Positions 1 through 13,500 of a stretch of DNA of 64,000 bases are shown piece by piece. Position numbers and translations under genes: made by a program. Below the pieces are notes generated by a model. That model searched no databases and was not told where the DNA came from. It saw nothing but the letters and a program-made list of their open reading frames with translations. Positions within the stretch are counted from its first letter, which is position 1, and every line of letters starts with the position of its first letter. Source of the DNA: Catajapyx aquilonaris (Eukaryota); NCBI GenBank assembly GCA_000934665.2, contig KZ538000.1, forward strand, positions 1-64,000, written 5' to 3'.

Positions 1-95
1 CGGCATAGGTCGATGAGTAGTACATGTCATTACAATTTGGTCAAAGTCCTCGAAGATTTGTCGGAAAGGTGGCCCGCTTGACGTGGAATGCCTCA

Positions 96-422
96 TAGGT
101 ATGTGCAATTAGTTTTGGGCGCCGTAGCGTAGTTAATGCGTACGGCGTCTTTCAAGTTTCGTGACGTCACATCATCTCCGCCAGTTTCAAAGAAGCAAAT
201 AAAGCCAGCTCGAGGGCCTCCGAATAATCCGACCTTCGTCCCCTAACGCATCGTCCATGTGCAATAGGCGATCAAATCCCGTCAGAGTAAGCATCCGGGT
301 ACAACACCCGTGCACTTTGTCGTTTTACCACATATTTTACCAGCTGGCCCTCTATACTTTAAAGGCGCCGTACGAATTAACTACGCACCGGCGCGGCGCC
401 CAAAACTAATTGCACATCCCTA
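96..422. mobile_element. MITE with ~70-bp TIRs, TAGG(G/T)ATGTGC termini (hAT-like)
   Basis: taggtatgtgcaattagttttgggcgccg... is inverted at ...ggcgcccaaaactaattgcacatcccta; no 8-bp TSD visible. Confidence 0.7.
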
Positions 423-1355
423 GATATTAGTTTTGCGAGTACTATTATAGTCTACCTGGCGATTGGGCGCGAGTTTCCCTTCATACTGTGTATTATACAG
501 TATTATTAATATGTACAGTACATACTGTATATGTTACCTGCTGTATCAGTAGACTACTCTACCTACCGGCCCGTATTTGAAAAGCATACTCATTCTTACT
601 AGGCAGTTTACGTAATTATTCGACCTGTGTGACGGTTTAAAATTCCCAGGTATCCGCAAGTGCATTTAATAATGCACAAGAAGCTAAAATAGTTTAGCAA
701 TGATATATAAAACCACATTACCTGCTAAAACTTGAATGCAGAAAAGTTATAAGTCTACTATAAACAGGGCCATAATGATGGAAGTGGAGAGTTCAAATCG
801 GAAATCCATTAGTGGTCATGCTGTGTGCTCTATTTTTTGTATGGCACACTCGGATTTTTATATAATTATATTGGAAAGAGTAAACCTAATAATAACAACA
901 ACAACAAGAAAAAATACTTCATTCGTGATCTACTCTCACTGTCAGTGCTGGAACTAAGCTTCAGAGAGTGGCAATTACTATCAATTCAATTTATGAGAAT
1001 ATTATAATAAGTTATGGAGATTGAACTTCGAAATTATGCGAACATTAGGGAGTAAAGGAAGACCTGTAGTAGAAAAGGTAGTAAGTGCCATTTTGGGAGA
1101 ATGGAGAAAATAATGTTTTTCTCCTGGCATCACTATGGGGTGACATATGAAATAACATTCTATTGACGGCAAGAAAAACTACTTCGGGTTGCTTCTGGCA
1201 CTTGATGCCTATTTTACAATATTGCCCTTGGCATTTACTTATGTTTTTACTGCATATCTCCATTTTCGCATTTTTGGCGCTTACTATACCTCTTTTACTA
1301 TATAGGTCTTCAAATTATGTTTATATTAGAGCCCCAGATCTGTGCATCCGCATTA

Positions 1356-1501
1356 CTATCGGGTTCAAAATAATACTTTTGGCCACTTTATCCTGGTCTT
1401 GAAGCAACCCTTCGCACAGACCCCACGTTAAGGAGGTGAGTGTGTGTGACGGGTTGCTTCAAGACCAGGATAAAGTGGCCAAAAGTATTTGAACCCGATA
1501 G
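1356..1501. mobile_element. Hairpin MITE, TA TSD
   Basis: ctatcgggttcaaa...tacttttggccactttatcctggtcttgaagcaaccc inverted over ~55 bp; flanked by TA on both sides. Confidence 0.8.
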
Positions 1502-1503
1502 TA

Positions 1504-1712
1504 CCCCCGCGAGCATAAAGATGGAGACGGCAGGCCCTGTTTTGACCTTTCTTTATCCTACTCAAATTAATGAACTCCTTTTGGACCGAGTTAGATGCAT
1601 CAGGCGTGTGTTCGTGTATTTATGACAGTATATTTGATACCGTAATAGCTGCAATTGGCAGAGCAGCCTGCCGAAGGTGAGGGCCTGCCGTCTCCATCTT
1701 TATGCTCGCGGG
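1504..1712. mobile_element. MITE with ~33-bp TIRs, TA TSD
   Basis: cccgcgagcataaagatggagacggcaggccct and its exact reverse complement at 1680-1712; TA flanks. Confidence 0.8.
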
Positions 1713-2686
1713 TACATAAGTGTTTGCATGTAATAATGAGAAAGCCTCACAATCTTAACACTCAAGATTCACTTAACCTGTAATAGCCTTATTGTAGACA
1801 GCGGGTCGCAAATCAGGCTTGCAGCAGATTTTTAAAATATTTTTGCCAAAAATACTTCATCATAAATTTTGCGATTATTATCTCGATTTGCACTTCAAAA
1901 TAATAAAACATGTGCTTACAGAAAAATGTTACATATTGATTTACATTTTTTTGACACAAATACCGTGGAAGAAGGCAATCGGCCGTTAAGCTGCGCTTAA
2001 CTATATTAGAATTAGCTCTTAACTGACAGTGAAAAAGTTGGTGGTACTGTACCGCGTATTATTAGTGATGCTATTTTATTTTTAAAGGTAGTAATAAAAT
2101 GCCTGATTTCTAAAATACAGAGAGCAGGAGATTAAAGGTGTCTGGTAGTATTGTCCTCCTGCTGTGCTGCGCTGGGGGAAAAAATTTCACGCCTGCTGGT
2201 TGAAGGGAGCCAGAAAATCTCATCTTATATATTTATAGGTCTACCCTGGCCATTCAAGATAGCCTCAAACCTACTCTGTGGGTACAGTAACTTCTAAGAT
2301 GGAAGAGAAACATAGCTTAGCCTCTGCTCTAAATTTCCTTGAACTTTGTGGCTAACCATGATAATAGGCTGGTAAATTACTTTGGAAGAGAGAGCGCGTA
2401 TCAAGTTAAAATAACTCTAAACCAGCTACCTGCACAAACTATCCTGTGTAAGGCTAGTTCCATGGAAAGTAGTGAACACTTTTGCCAGGTGATTCCTCCA
2501 TAATAAAAATACCGGTACTACTAACTTGTGTTATGACTCTGAGCTAATGATTGTGGACGTTTATATGTATACAGGTTGTTTGATAGGTCTAGTAGTGGGA
2601 CTTTCGGCATGCACCTAAACAGTTGGGCCAGAAAAAGGCAACTGCAGGATTAAAAATATCGAAATCAATTATTACAAGAAACATTT

Positions 2687-2907
2687 GCTTTCCCCTTGAC
2701 AAAGGCGACAACCCACATTGCAGTGTTTGTAGTGCCGATGCATTGGTTGCCTAGGGAGCAGGATATGAGTGTGAAACTGCTTACTGATAATATTGAGGTC
2801 GCCTCTTTCGCAGCCGTGATTATCACGCTCATATCCTGCCTCCTAGGCAACCACTACATATGCACTACTTGTGGGTTGCTGCCGTTGTCTAGGCTCTAGG
2901 GGAAAGC
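2687..2907. mobile_element. Degenerate foldback/MITE remnant
   Basis: gctttcccct...caacccaca...tggttgcctagggagcaggatatgag is mirrored by ctcatatcctgcctcctaggcaacca...tgtgggttg...aggggaaagc. Confidence 0.6.
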
Positions 2908-3154
2908 CTATTATGTGTCTGGTCATCTACTTCGTTGCTGGTTGGTTCCTCGACATGATTTTCTCACCCCTACATTTTTCACTTGTTTACACCAACTGTT
3001 ACGCTAACGGCCAAAAGTGTCACTATTAATAAACAACCTGTACGTCCATTTTATCAAGATAGTTTTATCTTTGAAATCAGGAGTTCAACAAGCTGCATAT
3101 TAAGGTTATGTCTCAATAAATATTACATTTAATCATATACATTTACATCATATA

Positions 3155-3573
3155 CAGGGTGTATTTGAACTCAGTGCCCCGACGTATATGACTGCCTTCC
3201 TAGCCACCAGAGGATCGATTTAAGTATAGGAGTCATATGTCTGGGCAGCCTCATTACTGAGATACACTCTTTAGCGATTTTTGCCTAATCGCTCCTTCTG
3301 ACTTTTAAATATAATTTTCTGGTGTAACTAGCCAAAGAGGCCTTACCACCTGTGGGCAACAAACCAACAAAGTCCGGCCCCCAGACCTTCCAGAACCTTC
3401 TGACTGGGGGAGGGTTCGATGGGTGGCCTAACCGACAGGATATTTTGTACTACATGTTTGCGGCCAATTATCTCCGTAATGAGGCTGCCCAGACATATGA
3501 CTCCTATACTTAAATCGATCCTCTGGTGGCTAGGAAGGCAGTCATATACGTCGGGGGGTTCAGATACACCCTG
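3155..3573. mobile_element. Tc1/mariner-type MITE (CAGGGTG termini, ~110-bp TIRs, TA TSD)
   Basis: Near-perfect inverted arms at about 3155-3263 and 3470-3573; TA flanks. Confidence 0.85.
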
Positions 3574-3820
3574 TATAATGTGCTTTGGTGCTTTGCATAT
3601 CAGTTTGACAGTCGATACAAATTACATCATATCAAGTGGAGGGGTGATGAGAATGAAGCAAGTGACGGAGAGGGGATTATGGGGGGATCAGAAAACGAGT
3701 CAAATTTTCTCCTCATAAGGCTCAGAAAATGGGGATCGAATACCGGTATTGCTAGTGTCAGATCCATGTTGACAATGAAAATACCGTGGATCATGACATA
3801 AGCGAGAGTAGAATAATGCT

Positions 3821-4789
3821 GGGTCATTCCATGTCAATTCGCTGAGCTCCCTGACCCTTGGGTTGTCAGATCATGACGAAAAACGGCCCATCGCTTTAAC
3901 ATTACGTCCTCCAAGAATACCATTTGCGCGGTTTTGCGATTTATCCCACTCCTCCCTACCCGGAGATACGCCCACCGAGAAAAACGGACTTTTCAGAAGG
4001 TATGGTTTTATAAATCGGTCATATCTCGGGAACCAATCAAAATAAAGACTCACCAGCCACTCTATTTGAGGGAATTCGCGAGCCCAATCCACGAGAAACA
4101 CTAAAAATAGCTATTTAGACCTTTTTTTTTTGAAAATGTTCATCCATTTGGAAAAATTATATATTTTTTGAAAATTGACCTCCAAATTTAAAAATCCGAT
4201 TTTTAAATATGATATAGCTAAGACATTTTCCTTGATATTGGAAAAGTATGTAGGTAGTAATCTTCCATTTAAGGAAGATAATTTCATTTGAAGAAGCGCA
4301 TGCGCGCCAAACCTCATGTCGTACTGTACATGTTAGAAGCAGAGTTGGGAACAAGTTGGTAGCAAGCCTTTTAAGACTAATTCGACCCTTTTGATTTCTA
4401 AAATCGAGGTTAGAACTCTGGATTTTCGGTCCTATTGACCCAAAAACAAGATGGCGTCCAAGGTTACGTCATTTCTAAGAATGACAAGGTATTCGTGAAA
4501 AATGTCGAAATACAGTAGATTTGGCTCGCGAATCCCCTCAAATAGAGTGGTCGGCGACGTCTGTATCTCGATAGGTTCACGAGATATGACCGATTTATAA
4601 CCATACCTTCCGAAAAGGCCATTTTTCTTGGTGGGCGTATCTACGGGTGGGGTGGGGGGTAAATCGCAAAACCGCGCAAATGGTATTCTTGGATGACGTA
4701 ATTAAAGCGATGCGCCGCTTTTCATCATGATCTAACAACCCAAGGGTCAATTTCCCTTGAAAGCTCGGTGAATTGACATGGAATGACCC
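3821..4789. mobile_element. Sola2-type non-autonomous element (GGG termini, ~270-bp TIRs, 4-bp TSD TGCT)
   Basis: tgct|GGGTCATTCCATGTCAA ... TTGACATGGAATGACCC|tgct, with long imperfect TIRs. Confidence 0.8.
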
Positions 4790-6415
4790 TGCTGTATTCC
4801 TGAAATGCCACATCCAAGGAAGGATTCTTTAGTCAGGGGATTGGTGGATGGAGGTCGCCAAGATATTCGAGAATTTGATGGTACTGTAGTACTGTACCTC
4901 CCTAAATATCCTCCAAGACTGCTAATGCGCAGTACCATGGAAAAATGGTGAGGAATGTTTAAAAAGTTCAAATATTTATTCACATTTAGTTTAACTGTAA
5001 ATATTTTGGAAGATACTTTTACCATTACCCCTACAGGCAAACTGCAGTATACAGTATTGTATGAATATCCAGAAAAATCTAGAACCTTTCCAGTTCTTGA
5101 GGTTGTCACGTGTCAATCACGTTGACAACAAATAGGAACTGTGCATTTTTACGCATAACACGAGACGGGACGAGTTTTAGGAAGTGGCCCTCTAAGTAGA
5201 TTCCCAGAACATGAAACAATTGATAATGCAGCCATCTTCCCTTCATCGCCAGCACAGAGAAAAATCAGGCGACATTCATGTCACAATCACACGTCCGACC
5301 GTTCCGGTAGTGCCCTTGATAGCCTTCATCGTGAAGCCACTTATTTTCAGCGCCGCAACAAGACACCCTAGCAGGTAGGTCTCGATTGCTATTTGGAACC
5401 CATTTCCTACCACTGTCACCATTGCCCATCCTAATCCTTCCTCCCGGGGAAAAAAAATCAATTTTCCCTACTCAGTGTTACAGTGCGTGCGTCATGGTCT
5501 TGTTGCCTCGGAGATAAAACTGATTATTTAAAGGCCGCGAAACCGATGGAAGTCATTCATTATGGCTTTACAGATATTGACATCCCCTGTTGTATAGGAA
5601 ATACGTGGTTTAGCAATCGGAGCCCTTATCTCTTTTTTGGGCATCTGCTTGCAACTTCATTTTTCACCAGAGTTACATTATACTATATAGCAGCTTGTTA
5701 TTGACGCATTTTATCGGCGATATACTGCAGACCAACCATATTCGGTAAAGCGATTAAATATGTTTATCACAATCAGAAGTTACAGGTGACTGAGAGCATA
5801 TCTGAAAGTGTATAGGATATTTGCAGGAAAAGGGTGGAAATAAACTGTTTCTATCCGCTACGAGTGATAGACTATATTTTTCCTTGCCTTTTCTGTAAAG
5901 TGGAAAAGTGTGGACTCAAGTCGACTCAAATTCATTTTTTTGCGAAATGATAATATTTGAAAGTAATTATAATTACAAGGGCATATCGGTTATTGAATTT
6001 TGACGCAATGAACTACCTCGCTTTAAGGTAAAGAATTTCTTATTATTCATATGCTCAATCCCGTTACCTACTTCTAATTTCGAAGTTTAATTTTTCCAAG
6101 CTGCGAATAACTGGGATATAAATCAAAATTAGTCTGGAATCTGGGCAATAAGCAATTCTACGCACGATTATTATTAGAAATTCAGCATAATGCAAATGAA
6201 ATGGTGTGTAGTATGTGAGTGAGGATTTTATCTCATTTCCGCTTGCAAATTTTTCCTTCACTGATAACCTCTTCACGATTAATAGCATGACCCTTTACAA
6301 AACGAACAGGCCTATGGCAGAGAGAGAGAGGTAGATCGACCAATTTCTTTTTTATTCAAGTGACGTTGGACTCGCTGATTATCAAAATCATGTTTACGAA
6401 TGCCAAAACCATTTA

Positions 6416-6572
6416 CAGTAAAACCTCGATTTAACGCTCCCGCATATAACGCTTTCCCGCTTCTAACGCCGATTTTTCCGGTCCCTTGATAATTTCCATA
6501 AGGTAAATTTTCCCGCATATAGCGCTATTTTTGGGCGGTCCCCTTGAAGAGCGTTATATCAAGGTTTTATTG
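6416..6572. mobile_element. pogo/Tigger-type MITE, TA TSD
   Basis: ta|cagtaaaacctcgatttaacgctc ... gagcgttatatcaaggttttattg|ta. Confidence 0.75.
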
Positions 6573-6605
6573 TATATCCTGTGTCTTGGGTTATTTTAGA
6601 TATCC

Positions 6606-6689
6606 ATGGCTTCTGTGGAAACGAAGGAGCTCTTCCTGCAGCAAATCAAGTGGGGATTTGTGAATCAACGCCTTCTGCCAGATATTATG
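6606..6689 (+). CDS. Gene A coding exon 1 (MASVETKELFLQQIKWGFVNQRLLPDIM)
   Basis: ttattttag acceptor 6 nt before the ATG; gtaggc donor at 6690; equivalent to the 29-codon first exon of gene B. Confidence 0.75.
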
Positions 6690-9600
6690 GTAGGCTTCAT
6701 TGGATATTACTATGTTGCGATTTATGATCTGGTAACGATTCACCTGTATAGATGTTACAGGCAAGATGAATGACCATTGTTACCCGCTTCATTCTGGTTC
6801 ATATTATTTTGCTGATTGGGTAACCTAAAGTTGTGTGGATTTTAGAAGTACTAATTCTGCTATTATTTCAGGAGTCATTCAACCGTTCTCGAAATGACCA
6901 CAAGTACGAGATAAATCTCCTCGAAGCTCTGAGTAACTACGAGCCCTGTCAAGGAGAAAATGATATTGACTGCATTATATTGAAAAACCTTGCAGAGTCT
7001 TGTAGTCGTAGGATTTTGGCAGTCCCTTCTCAGGTACTGGTTAGCCTCATGCCTCGAATGCAAAAGGCCTTGACAAAAATCGTAGGCCAACTAAATGACC
7101 GTGTAAGTATCTACTCAAATACCAATGTGTCTGAACAACATATTTTGAGTAAAAAAATGGCTCAATTTTTTTAAACACTTTGTTTATTTGGCTGGGATTT
7201 TGCATGGATATTCCTAATGTGACCTTCACGTTAAAAACTACATACGTATAGAACAGCAATGGCTTCATGGTCTGAAAAGAGCCGTTTGAGAGATGATTAC
7301 TGCTTCAGTATTTTCGCTTGTCACACAGTAGACGACACTTGTGGCTTGAAATACCTGATTTTTTTCTAGCTCTTTTGCTACAAATAAAAATAACATTAGG
7401 TTGTGTCGGGAACACAAGCCAAGGGGGTAATCACTTCGGTACTCCGGTGTACACCTGGGAGTGGTACTCCCTGGTACTCCTCAGGCACCTCACTCTTTAT
7501 TACTCCGTGGTACTCCTTGAATTTGGTACTCCAGTGTACACTTTTCAGTCGAGTGATTACCCTCTTGACACAAGCAGCAGCTTTTGACGTGAGTACGTCT
7601 TTAATCGGATCAGTATTGGGGGGAGTGAATTGATTGCTTATTATCAGTATTGAAGTCTGGACACATGCATGGTGACCCTAAAGTCTGGACACTCATGGTG
7701 ACCCTCCTAAGAATTTCCCTGCATGCCCCCCTGCATGCCCCCGCCATGGGCCCCCCTGCAAGCCCCCGCCATGGGCCCCATGGCAGGGCCCCCTGGCAGG
7801 GTCGTGACTATAACACTCACACGCCACTTAGGATATAGTAGACTCGGATATAATAGCCTGTAACGCTTTTCGTTAACGCTCGAGTTTGCCTCCATGCCCC
7901 CCCTCTATACGGACCCGATTTCAAAGACGTATTCACGTCAAAATCCGAAACTCATTACAATAAATCAACGACCCCAGTTGACATTGGCCATTTTGGCTTC
8001 ATAAATTTGATCTCACACAAACGTAATTAGGGGGTTATTCCAACCCCAACTACCTGTACTGCATGGGACACCACCTGAAGTGCTAGAAATTCGTAGCATT
8101 GAAAACATAAATAAAATTAACATGGGATTATTTCCGCCATCGTCATAAAGCCAAAGTCGACAAAGGCAACTTGAGTAATTTCTGCTTCGAATATGACAAG
8201 GACCTAAGTCCGACAGGAAGTGTGCACCGTCATAATCCAATGTAATTAGGTTGGATAATTTTGCTTCAGGAAGGAATTTGGTGTGAAACAACACGTAAAA
8301 ATATATTTACGTAGATATGCCAATGTAATGATTACTATACACTGGGACGTTGTGGAATATTCCCTCTTTAACTGAAAACCTCAGAGTAACCGTACTTTAA
8401 AAGTTTTTCTGAAATTACATAATTATGCAGTTTTAACCCCAAGGTATCAGTTTTAAGAATAATAACAGTGCAGTTAAATGAAAATGGACCAGCCAGGACT
8501 ATAGATTCCTGTTCAGGTTTCACTTAGTTTCACTTACAATAAGTGGAAAAAACTCCTTTTCCACTTGAAGGTGCCCTAATTTCCATTTTTAAACCGTGCA
8601 AATTTTTATTTCCTATACTGCATGTGGAAATGACGGCGGTTGTAGTGGAAAAAACCGGCCTCACTTCCACTGAAATAAGTGGAAAACTGATTTTTAAGAA
8701 CTTCTGGAAATTCCTGCGACTTTAAATGGAAACCTGTGCGTCCTTTTCACTTATTATAAGTTGACAAATGATAATTTTGTCCACTTTACAAAGTTGAAAC
8801 TGAAGAAGAGTGTAGGCCTACACTTTTACGAAATAATTCAGTTGCAAAAAATCTGCTGCTATATGAAAAAGTCTTATCTATTCGTAGATCAAAAGTATGC
8901 AGCTGAGTGACAGTAACAGTTTCCAACAGGACCACAAAAACCATTTTTGTCCCAACCTCATTAAGAGCCGCTGACAACAGGATATCCCTGGGCGACACAC
9001 TAATGCAAAGCATGCAGCGAAACTTGGGAGTAGCCTACAGGGTGCGATCATAAATCAAATATCAAACATTCACTTCCTTATAAATAATTTAATACACCTG
9101 TTAAAAATGACACTACCCCCGTCTACAGTAGTTTTTTCGTAACAAATGTTTTTTGCTTTCAGGGAACACCAATGTTCGCATGCCAAGTAGCTTTACATCT
9201 CGACGAATTTGAATTCGCGAAACCGAGGGACCGTTGCGATACGAACAAGGACACGTTCATGGCCCTGAGCTCAGCATATAAAAATGCACTTGAGGAACCT
9301 AATAAGGATAACTTCACAAAGGTCAACCTCGCAGTTTTGAACACGTGCCGTTTGCTAGTCATTAGATTATGCTCAAAAACTGCAGAGATGACAACGACAT
9401 GGCTTTTTGCACTGGATACGACCTTTGTCTTGATTGGATTAAGCGTCATCGATCACACCACATTCAGAGCGTTGTATTCGCTATTTGAAAAGGGCCTCAA
9501 TTTGGCAAAAGAGGTCGCTGTTCAAAACCCAGGAAGGATCAGACTTCATGCCTTCCTAGCAGTGGCCATTCCCCGCTGGATGAGCGTTTTACTCATCTCC

Positions 9601-10519
9601 TGCCCCGTGATCGAGAGCGACATGCAGGTTCTCCAAGAGGTCCCCAGCATCCGGGTGAACATTTTCCCTGAAGACGTCCTTGGGAACAGCCATTGGATGC
9701 TGCGTCTTAAGCATGAATGCTTCATCATCGATTCCTGCATCGCGTTCTTCCAGATGTTCAAGCTGGAAGTTCTGCAGGAGTGGACAGCAACTGAACCTAT
9801 AGAATGGATGGTGCCAAATGAGAACCCTGCCCGCACTATTGTCGACAGTATCTTGGGGCATCTCAGTAGTGACAAAGGAGAAGAATTAATGAAGATTCCG
9901 GCGGTGCACCGCCATGTTGTTGGTCTTGTGTCCTGCTTGGTTCTGGTGCGAAAGCCACCTGAACCGACAATTGGCACGGTAGTGATGGACGTTACCATCG
10001 AGATGAACATCCGCGCTTTGGTCACTGACCTCAACTGGCTGCTCTGTGACAAGAACGTAGTTCATGTCATGTGGGGAGAGGTAACAAAGTTTGTATTATC
10101 ATTTACTAGAAGGATCGACTTCTGGCTGAACTTCATTACGCCAGTAAGCGTAATCCATGGTCAGCTGTGGCAACTCATGAGTAAGTACTTGTGATAGGTC
10201 TCACCGAAACGAATCATCGACATAATTACTATATTGTATAACATTACTTCAAGGCCGATTGTTTATACTTGCAGTTGAGATGCTGTCTTTGGCATACACT
10301 GGTGCTTTGAGGAGTGGGGAAGGAGAAATTATCGAGGAGATTCAGCTTTTCAAAGCTATCTACGTGAATAATATGTCTCGATTCAACCAACGAAGCCATA
10401 TGATGGTAAGATTATTCTACCAACACAATAACTTACACTGCAAACTGTATAGGCCTACATAAGATGTTTGTTCTCTGGTTCCGCAGAAGCTTGGCGTTGA
10501 AGCTACATCAAAAGTGTAA
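6606..10519 (+). CDS. Gene A: 5-coding-exon gene, 498-aa uncharacterised, probably helix-rich protein; paralog of gene B
   Basis: Exons 6606-6689, 6872-7102, 9163-10180, 10275-10405 and 10487-10519 join with canonical GT-AG sites (phases 0,0,1,0) into an open 1497-nt frame, MASVETKELF...KLGVEATSKV*. Every exon has a homologous exon in gene B. An acceptor at 6598-6599 implies an upstream non-coding exon. Confidence 0.88.
6872..7102 (+). CDS. Gene A coding exon 2
   Basis: ctaat branch-like site and tttcag acceptor; gtaagt donor at 7103; aligns to gene B exon 2 (RN..LL..LS.Y.P...L..IV.QL). Confidence 0.85.
7420..7567. mobile_element. 148-bp MITE with 8-bp TSD (P- or hAT-type), in gene A intron 2
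   Basis: acacaagc|CAAGGGGGTAATCACT...AGTGATTACCCTCTTG|acacaagc; multiple internal GGTACTCC motifs; second copy at 23085-23232. Confidence 0.88.
7582..7943. mobile_element. Foldback element with TTTTGACGTG termini and GC-rich internal repeats; superfamily unassigned
   Basis: ttttgacgtgagtacgtcttt...cggatcagtat is inverted at atacggacccgatttcaaagacgtattcacgtcaaaa; internal gcatgccccc repeats. Confidence 0.7.
9163..10180 (+). CDS. Gene A coding exon 3 (large exon)
   Basis: tttgctttcag acceptor; contains the 340-aa ORF; gtaagt donor at 10181; clear protein similarity to 28908-29922. Confidence 0.93.
10275..10405 (+). CDS. Gene A coding exon 4
   Basis: ttgcag acceptor, phase 1; gtaaga donor at 10406; AL..G.....E...MSR.N shared with gene B. 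Confidence 0.82.
10487..10519 (+). CDS. Gene A coding exon 5 (KLGVEATSKV*)
   Basis: ttccgcag acceptor, phase 0; TAA at 10517-10519; resembles VLYTGASSRA in gene B. Confidence 0.65.
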   Translation, partial: KLGVEATSKV

Positions 10520-13500
10520 AGTGAGCAACTTCAGAGGGAACAAAAAAAGTCGCAGACTTATGCTGTTATTGAAGTAGTAAAGTAAAATATAGGTAGGTTC
10601 ACATACGGATCGGGATGATATAAATTAGAGAAATGATGATTAAGCACAATTTATTCTCCGTCCGCGTTTTATTCCTCACTGGTGGCTCAGGGAAAAATTA
10701 AATCGGTAGCTAACTGCACGACCTATTTTCTCACAACATGGCATGTTTATCAAAGGTTTAATTATGTATAACATGGCACCTCACGTTACACGATAATTCC
10801 ACTTTTTCAGCTATCATAGTTGAGATGGTTCGTGGTTGTGGAATAATGCATTAGGAAAAATAACGTTCTTGCAATGTATAGTAAAATAGTGTTTTGTTTG
10901 TCTGTCTCCATTAGGCTACTATTGTAGCCTGCTGCAGTAGGCGAAGGAACCGGACAAAAAATTTCATCTCGACTGCACTTTGTATACACACCTTTTTTAG
11001 TAAGCTCTGCAGAATAGGTCTCGGATTTGGGGTTTGTTATGTGCTTGGATACCTTTAGTCAGTTCAATGTAAATCATACTGACATAATTTCTGAAGTAAA
11101 GATGTGCTGGCATTCCAGCTCAACGGCATCTATTTTGTCTAGTATGAGAAAATCACGGTTTTGACTATACCAGTGTATAGTTTAAATATGAAATGTACTG
11201 ATTATATGAGAAGCTTAAGAGTCAGTTAATTCGGAGAGTGCGGAGAACTAGATGATCACATAATTATCGTGAACAACAATGGTGTTTTATCGTCAATAAT
11301 TATTTTGACTATCTTCGAAACCATAAAAATCCTTTCCACGTATTCCCCTGTACCTCATGTTTTGTAAAACAGGAAGTAAGAGGAAGGCTGAAGATTCGCC
11401 GGGGTCAAAGCACTCGACAGCAAGCCATGAGGGATTCCCGATAAAAAACAACCAGGCTGACAACGTACTTTCGCTTCCAGTATTTAGTGTTGATTTTTTT
11501 CCTCCTGCAGTTGGCGTTTTCCTTTGGGTAATAAATATTTGGGTTCCGTGCATTTCCATGTAATGGTTATTTATCGATTCGTTTAGGTCATTATGAGTGC
11601 ATTAACTCTTTTCCACAGTGTAAAATCTTCAATATACGTCATCATTTCCAGAACTAATACCCTATATCCAACAACCACACTCCAACACTATAAATATCGG
11701 AAATTATATTAAGTTTCATAAAGAAGGCTGCTCCATGTGTTACATAAAAGCTGCCAATTTGAAAGACAAAAGCCTGACTCTTTAACATCTTGATTTAATG
11801 AACTTAGCAGCTAAAATAATTATAAAATAGTTCAATTTGAGCCATACGAGAATAATCTATCGAGGTAATCTATTAATATTATACTGTACTGTACAAACTG
11901 AAATTCTTCCATGTAAGGCACATTGATTTTAGTGTTCTGATTGTACGAGTTGTAAGTGATGATAGGAGTAGCATTATTTACAGCCCTGTGTTGTTCAAAT
12001 TAGCGTGTATTTCATCCAGATGGTTGATCTCATTTGCAAATATTTTGATAAATACGTACGAGGCACCTCTTGCATTGCGCATAATATATTTTCCTAAAGC
12101 AGAATAAATTTGTAGTATTTGCGCCACATTTACGAAGCATATAAAAATACTGTAGCATGTCAAATCTAATAATTTTATGCTGCATACCGCAAAATTGGCA
12201 CAAAGCTGTCAGCATTATTATGTGGACTAACTCAGCAAAATAATGAGCTTTTCTGATTTTTTTTGCAAAATATCAAAATAATATCTCTATTGTTTATTAC
12301 GTTCAGAATTTTCTTCCAGCACTTTAAATCTACAATGGTACCAGCACAGTAACGCCTTTTATTTTTCATTTCTACCCGAGGCACTCAGGTAGGCCTACAG
12401 ATGTTGACAGGGTCTGTTTACTATGGGCGTAAATGATCATAGGCCTATTTAATAAGCAACAGTGTCTTCTGAATTGTAGGCTACAGGAGTTCATAAAAAT
12501 CAAAATTGTCTAATATCTTAATTTAGTGGTTATTTAGCTCCTAATGCTTTTCATCCCACCTCAAGAGTTATTCTTCAAAATTCGATACCGTTACCTAAAA
12601 ATGAGATCCTTAGTTCCAAAAATCTTTAACAACTATGGACATTTCTGTTTTTACCCTCGGTTAAAAGTAGCATCCAGTCAGCACCTGGCTATCGGCGGTG
12701 TAAAACTTTTTAAAAAGTGACAGAAAATGAAACTATTCTGCTGTGTTTGTGGCGCAACAGGTACAGGCACAAATATCTTCCTGTTTGCGGCAGAGAAGAA
12801 ACAGTATATTTTAGCCGTGCCTGATGTAACCCATTGCCCCCACGGTTTCATGTTTGACACCTCATGTTTATTTTGGAACATAGTCACCTGAATACTGTAA
12901 ATAACGAAGAATCACAAAATCTGCACTACATTTACATTGTGACTTTTACGCGTGAATAAATTTGCTCTATGAGTCTATGTCTTTAAAAAACTATACCAAA
13001 GCACTGTACACGTCTTACTTCTAAGAATTAGCGAAAAAGAGTTGTGCCAACCATGCGCCCTTAACAATATGTTGGGCAACCTCTATCATAGCTTGTCATT
13101 GTTCCTGGAAACAGGATAAAAGGCAAGAGAATGAATGCTACAGGACCACATTCATTGTTTAGATGTAAAAGAAGAAATAATGAGAAATATCCAGCGTATA
13201 TGTGTGTACTTGCAAGAAGCGTTCCACCCTATAATTATTTACGACAGGATAATGCAACCTGTCCTACCCAAGGAGCTAAACAAAAATAGCTAAAATAATT
13301 TAATCTAGCCGCCAAAAATAACTCCATAGAAATACGTGTTCGACACGCTCAACTATTAGTTACATTTTGAGTGTAATCAGAGTGGTGTAATGGTTCCAAG
13401 TTTGTACATAGTAGGCATTCGGCAGAAGTACCATCGTGAGTCAAAAGATGGAGACAGTTTCGCTCACGAAAAGATCGTGAGTTCCTTGGTGTGCCTGGAG

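Noticed and set aside
8514..8736. caggtttc...gaaacctg element with many gtggaaa motifs in gene A intron 2
   Set aside because: Probably a MITE remnant, but the TIR is only 8 bp and no TSD is present.
9159..10052. Minus-strand ORFs (96, 168 and 90 aa) over gene A, and similar ones at 28920-29989 over gene B
   Set aside because: Antisense shadows of the true exons; not conserved between the paralogs.
10181..10194. ORF-track stops at 10194 and 29939 as true gene ends
   Set aside because: Both genes have a strong donor (gtaagt, gtgagt) at the same codon position, followed by a homologous downstream exon.
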